Assembly: GCA_033442325.1 (NCBI GenBank)
Contig: JAWQFM010000023.1
Span: forward strand, 481,361-497,819
DNA: 16,459 nucleotides
Reading direction: 5' to 3'
Source: Salpingoeca rosetta
Taxonomy: Eukaryota; Protista; Choanoflagellata
A program made the translations under genes and the position numbers. The notes beneath the pieces are model-generated. The model worked only from the letters and a program-made list of their open reading frames with translations. It did no database searches and had not been told where the DNA came from. Positions 10,983 to 16,459 of the stretch are shown in pieces. Numbering within the stretch: position 1 is the stretch's first letter; each line of letters opens with the position of its first letter.

Positions 10983-11493
10983 GTGTGCTACAGCGATGCC
11001 AGCTTCGGCACAGACCAGGTTGACGGGCCGCTTCTCGGCGGGGTTTCACCTGTTTCATCATCGGCTGTCTTTATGTCTTGGAGCAGCCCGGCTGCAACCC
11101 ACGGTTGCGCTGAGCACCGCCGAGGCCGAGTACATGGGCCGTCTCCGGCAGCAGCGCAGGGACGTCGTCTTCCTGCGGCAGCTGCTCATGGACCTCGACG
11201 AGCCCGAGGCTGGAGCCACCAAGATGCTGACAGATAACCAGGCGGCCATCGCCATCGGCAACGACCACGTCACCAAGCCGCGCACGAAGCACATCCGGGT
11301 ACGCCACCACTTCGTGCGGGAGCTCATCGCCGACGGAACCATTGTGCTGCAGCACTGTCCCGGCACGCAGATGGTTGCCGACGCGCTGACCAAGGCACTG
11401 GACAAGCAGACCTTCGAGCAGCACCTGCCACGACTGGTGGGAACCTCGACGGCTGAGACGGAGCAGAGGAAGGCAGTTGAGGGGGAGTGTTGA
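10983..11493 (+). CDS. gag-pol: Family B gag-pol part 2: Ty1/copia RNase H, with several single-base frameshifts at 11020-11165
   Basis: YSDASF, LQPTVALSTAEAEY, TDNQAAI, RTKHIRVRHHFVRE, MVADALTKAL. Stop TGA at 11491-11493. Confidence 0.9.
11479..11487 (+). promoter_or_regulatory. Polypurine tract
   Basis: GAGGGGGAG immediately 5' of the TG of the 3' LTR. Confidence 0.9.
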
Positions 11494-12039
11494 GAGTCAG
11501 TGAGTTTCTGTTTTGTGTTGAGTCCTTCCTAATTTGCCTTCTCATGTGGTTTTGTCTTGTTTGCCAACAACACCTGCTTTGTGGGTTTTCCGTTGACAAA
11601 CATTCCTTTCTCTCTGCTGGCATGTGTGCCAACTGCCTCTCCTCTCCTCCTCCTTCTGCACACGTGAGTTGTGTGTCATGTGTGCCATGTGTGTGTGCAT
11701 GCCCGTCATGCTTGGCAAATGCCATGTGTGCGTGCCATGCAGTGTTGTGAAGTGTTGTCTGTTGTGTATGCTTGCCTGCAAGCATTCATGCCATGCTTAG
11801 CATTGCTCTGCGCGCATGTATGCATGCTGCTCATTGTTTAGATTGTTTGTGTTCGCGCACACGCTGCCCATGTCGCCTTGGCAGCTCTGTTGACTGTGTG
11901 TGCACTTGTCTAGTGTTTGTTTGAGCGTGCTGCCCGAGTTGATTTGGCAGCAGCTTGTTGTGCTTGTTCATTCTCCTTGTGTTCTTGTTTGTTGCGTTTG
12001 CCTACAGTAAACACACACACCACCTGTCGTGTTTCTACA
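11488..12039 (+). repeat. 3' LTR of family B (552 bp)
   Basis: Starts TGTTGAGA and ends TTTCTACA. Matches the 5' LTR except one early substitution and a cluster of changes in the last ~155 bp. Confidence 0.96.
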
Positions 12040-15000
12040 GGGTCCCCGCACTCGCTCCCGCGCTCAACGCGGCCCGCGCCGCACTGGCGCCCGCCACGAC
12101 GTGGCGGACCATGATGACGACGATGACGAGGGCGATGGCGACGACCACGGCGCTCACCCATCTTCCTCCTCTTCCTCTCTCCCTTCTTTCGCCACTCCGA
12201 GCGGAGGAGCGCAGGTGGCGTCCCGAGCCTCTGGCCTGCTGGATCCCCGTGATCCACAGGTTGACGCAGCCATCTTCGCGTTCCTCCTTGGCGTCCTGAC
12301 GGGACACCCGCTGCGGCTGGCCATCACCGATAACCGTGGCCGCTCAGGTGTGCTTGCGCTGCGCCGCCTCCGCGAGCGCTACATCCGCAGCGGCAAGGAC
12401 CACGTCAGCCGTCTCAGGCAGCAGCTGTCCTCGACCACGTGGTTGCCCACGGACACCGTCGACACGTTCATGTCCCGCATCACGGACATCAACTCGCAGC
12501 TCCTCGCTGCCGGCGTGTCCATCCCGGAGGACGACCTGCGCACCCTCGTCNNNNNNNNNNNNNNNNNNNNNNNNNNNNNNNNNNNNNNNNNNNNNNNNNN
12601 NNNNNNNNNNNNNNNNNNNNNNNNNNNNNNNNNNNNNNNNNNNNNNNNNNNNNNNNNNNNNNNNNNNNNNNNNNNNNNNNNNNNNNNNNNNNNNNNNNNN
12701 NNNNNNNNNNNNNNNNNNNNNNNNNNNNNNNNNNNNNNNNNNNNNNNNNNNNNNNNNNNNNNNNNNNNNNNNNNNNNNNNNNNNNNNNNNNNNNNNNNNN
12801 NNNNNNNNNNNNNNNNNNNNNNNNNNNNNNNNNNNNNNNNNNNNNNNNNNNNNNNNNNNNNNNNNNNNNNNNNNNNNNNNNNNNNNNNNNNNNNNNNNNN
12901 NNNNNNNNNNNNNNNNNNNNNNNNNNNNNNNNNNNNNNNNNNNNNNNNNNNNNNNNNNNNNNNNNNNNNNNNNNNNNNNNNNNNNNNNNNNNNNNNNNNN
13001 NNNNNNNNNNNNNNNNNNNNNNNNNNNNNNNNNNNNNNNNNNNNNNNNNNNNNNNNNNNNNNNNNNNNNNNNNNNNNNNNNNNNNNNNNNNNNNNNNNNN
13101 NNNNNNNNNNNNNNNNNNNNNNNNNNNNNNNNNNNNNNNNNNNNNNNNNNNNNNNNNNNNNNNNNNNNNNNNNNNNNNNNNNNNNNGTCACGCAACACGT
13201 CAGCGTTGCCATCAACTAGACCGTCACGGTCATCGGCAAGGGCGACGCCGTGCTCTGCGTGACTGGCACCGACGGCGCTCCAGGCACCATCACGCTGAAG
13301 AACGTGCTGCATGTCCCCGACATCAATTACAACATACTGGCGCTGAAACCTGGTGACTCGCGCGCGTCGTGGGTGCTTCCGTCGTCATTGCTGTGGACGA
13401 CAGCCGCATCCAGTTTGCCCACATGGAGCGTGCCTCTGCTGCCGTCCAAGGACACCGGCCACCTCTTCCTCTACGCCAGCACCACGACCTCCCAACAAGC
13501 CACGGCGCTTGCGGGGGAGCTCGTGCACAGCAGCGATGGGGAAGCCGAGGATGCTGACGAGGGTGCCTCTGCACACGACGTGCTAGGCCATCGCAGCAGC
13601 GCGGCCGTCGACGCCATCCGGCAGCAGATTGCCCAGGCCTCTTCCAAGCACATCGTCACCTGTGGACCATGTGCGCTTGGCAAGAGCACGCGCGCCTCCA
13701 TCCCGAAGCAGTCTGCTCCACGCAGCGCTGGGCCATGCCAGCTGCTCTACGCCGACATCGCCGGTCCGCTGGAGGAGACGTCGCTGCGAGGTGCACGCTA
13801 CGCGCTGACCTTCATCGACGACTGCACGCGTTTCGCCTGGACGTTTCTCATCCGGCACAAGAACGACGTCGGCGCGGCCCTGGAGCAGCTGCGCAAGGAC
13901 CGCCACGTCGTCAACGCGCTCCGAGGCGCCACGCTCCAGACGGACAGCGACGCCGTCTTCAAGAGCCAGGACTTCNNNNNNNNNNNNNNNNNNNNNNNNN
14001 NNNNNNNNNNNNNNNNNNNNNNNNNNNNNNNNNNNNNNNNNNNNNNNNNNNNNNNNNNNNNNNNNNNNNNNNNNNNNNNNNNNNNNNNNNNNNNNNNNNN
14101 NNNNNNNNNNNNNNNNNNNNNNNNNNNNNNNNNNNNNNNNNNNNNNNNNNNNNNNNNNNNNNNNNNNNNNNNNNNNNNNNNNNNNNNNNNNNNNNNNNNN
14201 NNNNNNNNNNNNNNNNNNNNNNNNNNNNNNNNNNNNNNNNNNNNNNNNNNNNNNNNNNNNNNNNNNNNNNNNNNNNNNNNNNNNNNNNNNNNNNNNNNNN
14301 NNNNNNNNNNNNNNNNNNNNNNNNNNNNNNNNNNNNNNNNNNNNNNNNNNNNNNNNNNNNNNNNNNNNNNNNNNNNNNNNNNNNNNNNNNNNNNNNNNNN
14401 NNNNNNNNNNNNNNNNNNNNNNNNNNNNNNNNNNNNNNNNNNNNNNNNNNNNNNNNNNNNNNNNNNNNNNNNNNNNNNNNNNNNNNNNNNNNNNNNNNNN
14501 NNNNNNNNNNNNNNNNNNNNNNNNNNNNNNNNNNNNNNNNNNNNNNNNNNNNNNNNNNNNNNNNNNNNNNNNNNNNNNNNNNNNNNNNNNNNNNNNNNNN
14601 NNNNNNNNNNNNNNNNNNNNNNNNNNNNNNNNNNNNNNNNNNNNNNNNNNNNNNNNNNNNNNNNNNNNNNNNNNNNNNNNNNNNNNNNNNNNNNNNNNNN
14701 NNNNNNNNNNNNNNNNNNNNNNNNNNNNNNNNNNNNNNNNNNNNNNNNNNNNNNNNNNNNNNNNNNNNNNNNNNNNNNNNNNNNNNNNNNNNNNNNNNNN
14801 NNNNNNNNNNNNNNNNNNNNNNNNNNNNNNNNNNNNNNNNNNNNNNNNNNNNNNNNNNNNNNNNNNNNNNNNNNNNNNNNNNNNNNNNNNNNNNNNNNNN
14901 NNNNGCTCCGCAGCATGGTCATCTTCCCTAAGAAGTGTGAAGATCTGGCTAAGTTCATCTACTTATGACACCGCGCTGGGTTGCCAAAGGGCTACTCCAG

Positions 15001-16459
15001 GTCCACGGTGGTCAACTACACGGACACCTTTGCCCGACGGCTACCCATCGCAGCCATCCGCACCATGCTCGCCATGGCCGTCGCGCGTGGCATGGGCATC
15101 CAGCAGATGGACGTCAACACGGCCTTCCTCAACGCGCCCGTGGATCACGAGATCTACGTCCAGCCACCGGCCGTCGACGGCATCTTCTCCCCGAGTACAG
15201 TCCTGCGCCTCAAGCGCGGGCTGTATGGGCTGAAGCAGAGCCCGCGCCTGTGGAACCACACGCTGGACGCCTGGATGCGCGAGCAGGACTTCGTCGCCAC
15301 AGCCACGGACGCCTGCATCTACCGCCGCACCTGCAAGGGTGGCAAAGTGATGTGGGTTGCCGTCTACGTGGACGACCTGCTCATCTTCGCCGACAGCGAC
15401 AGCGACATGGCCGCGTTCAAGAAGGCCATCTCCAAGCGCTTCAAGATGAAGGACCTCGGCAGCCCAGACATATGTCTCGGCATCAAGGTGCGCCATGACC
15501 GCAAGGCCAGGACCGTCACCATGAGCCAGGAGCACTACCTGCGCAACGTGCTGGAGACCTTCGGCATGGCTGACTGCAAGCCTGTCGGCACGCCGCTCTG
15601 CACGGGCTACGTCGACAAACCAGCCGACAAGGAGGAGCCACTCCCGGACGTGCCGTTCCGCGAGTTGCTTGGCTCCCTCCTCTATGCTGCGACGATGACG
15701 CGCCCAGACATCTCGGCGGCTGTCTCCATCCTGTCTCGCCGCATGCAGCACTTCGGCATGGACCACTGGAAGGCTGCCAAGCACCTTCTTCGCTACATCA
15801 AGGGCACCTTGTCCTACACCATCAAGTACGCCGCCACTGGCGACGCCAGCAACGGCAGCACTGCCGACGGCGTGCTCTCAGCGTACTCGGATGCGTCCTT
15901 CGCCTCCGACGTTGACACGCGACGTTCCCGCACGGGCTTCGTCGTCTTCTGTTCCACGGGCCCCGTGTCCTGGAACTCCAAGCTGCAGGCCACTGTGGCC
16001 ACAGCCTCCGCCGACGCGGAGTACATGGCTCTCGCAGCCACCGCACAGGAACTCATGTTCCTTCGCCAACTCCAGGAGGAGCTCACCGGCGCCGTCCTGT
16101 GCGAGCCCACGCTCGTCCACACGGACAACCAGCCGGCGCAGCGCGTTGCCGAACACGCCGCCTCGCACATGCGGCACATCCTCGTCAAGTACCACTACAT
16201 CCGCGAGTGCGTCGACACCAAGAGGATTGTGCTGAGCTACCTCGCCACGGAGCACATGATCGCAGATCTCCTCACGAAGATCCTCCCTCGGCCCAAGACG
16301 GCTCAGTTCTGCACGATGCTGTTCGACCAGCGTCCTCTGCCAGGCTGCCAGCCACGGGCCCGTCCTCATTCGGGCCGGTCGCCACGTCCTTCGACTCCCG
16401 CGTCAGGACCTCTGACGGCGCGCACCACAGGACCAGCCTTCACTCGGGCAGCCTTCCAC
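12040..16459 (+). mobile_element. Ty1/copia family A, copy A2: 5'-truncated gag through RNase H, with two N gaps; runs off the window end
   Basis: Gag (LTGHPLRL...LRRLRERY), protease C-terminal part (LKNVLHVPDI), integrase (HDVLGH, CGPC, YADIAGP, QTDSD), RT (MDVNTAFLNA, LYGLKQSP, YVDDLL), RNase H (YSDASF, TDNQPA, IADLLTK). Confidence 0.95.
14968..16459 (+). CDS. pol: Family A RT-RNase H coding frame, open to the window end (absent from the ORF track because there is no stop)
   Basis: After error-rich bases near the gap, one frame runs NYTDTFAP...YVDD...YSDASFASD...MIADLLTKILP...RAAFH with no stop. Confidence 0.88.

Larger units (their letters stand above)
2330..12039 (+). mobile_element. Ty1/copia LTR retrotransposon family B (LTR-PBS-gag-pol-PPT-LTR), interrupted by a DNA transposon
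   Basis: Direct repeats 2330-2873 and 11488-12039 with TG...CA ends. PBS follows the 5' LTR and PPT precedes the 3' LTR. Domain order is gag-PR-IN-RT-RH. No TSD (GCCGT left, GGGTC right). Confidence 0.96.

Noticed and set aside
11020-11165. Cluster of frameshifts in B RNase H as real decay or programmed frameshifting
   Set aside because: They look like +1 expansions of short homopolymers within 150 bp next to otherwise clean sequence, so base-calling error is more likely.
12040-12060. The second LTR as the genuine 5' LTR of element A2
   Set aside because: There is no PBS or leader, the sequence enters mid-gag, and the LTR is preceded by B's PPT.
13187-13425. Stop and frameshifts in A2 protease, and similar ones at 1100-1530, ~8058 and 14905-15010
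   Set aside because: All lie beside N gaps, where contig-end quality is poor.
1-16459. CRISPR array, tRNA/rRNA genes or prokaryotic systems
   Set aside because: No repeat-spacer periodicity or RNA-gene structure was seen. All sequence is explained by eukaryotic transposons.

Overview
Eukaryotic, transposon-only window with three nested layers and four N gaps (1251-1350, 7579-7959, 12551-13186, 13976-14904). (1) Two 5'-truncated copies of one Ty1/copia family ('A') point away from each other: A1 (-, 1-2329) and A2 (+, 12040-16459). (2) Between them lies a copia element of a second family ('B', 2330-12039): 544-bp 5' LTR, half-tRNA-Met-type PBS, single gag-PR-IN-RT-RH ORF, PPT and 552-bp 3' LTR. 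(3) B is split at the start of RNase H by a 4263-bp PIF/Harbinger-superfamily (PHIS) DNA transposon (6717-10979) with a CTT target duplication and imperfect AGAGAG-starting TIRs. It carries an apparently intact 7-exon, 363-aa DDE transposase (-) that the ORF track misses, and a convergent spliced polyQ/Myb-like accessory gene (+). B has no TSD, its flanks are two different, oppositely oriented A copies, and its LTR differences cluster at the 3' end. This points to ectopic LTR recombination or mis-assembly. GC-rich coding and TG-microsatellite introns suggest a choanoflagellate such as Salpingoeca rosetta (inference only).
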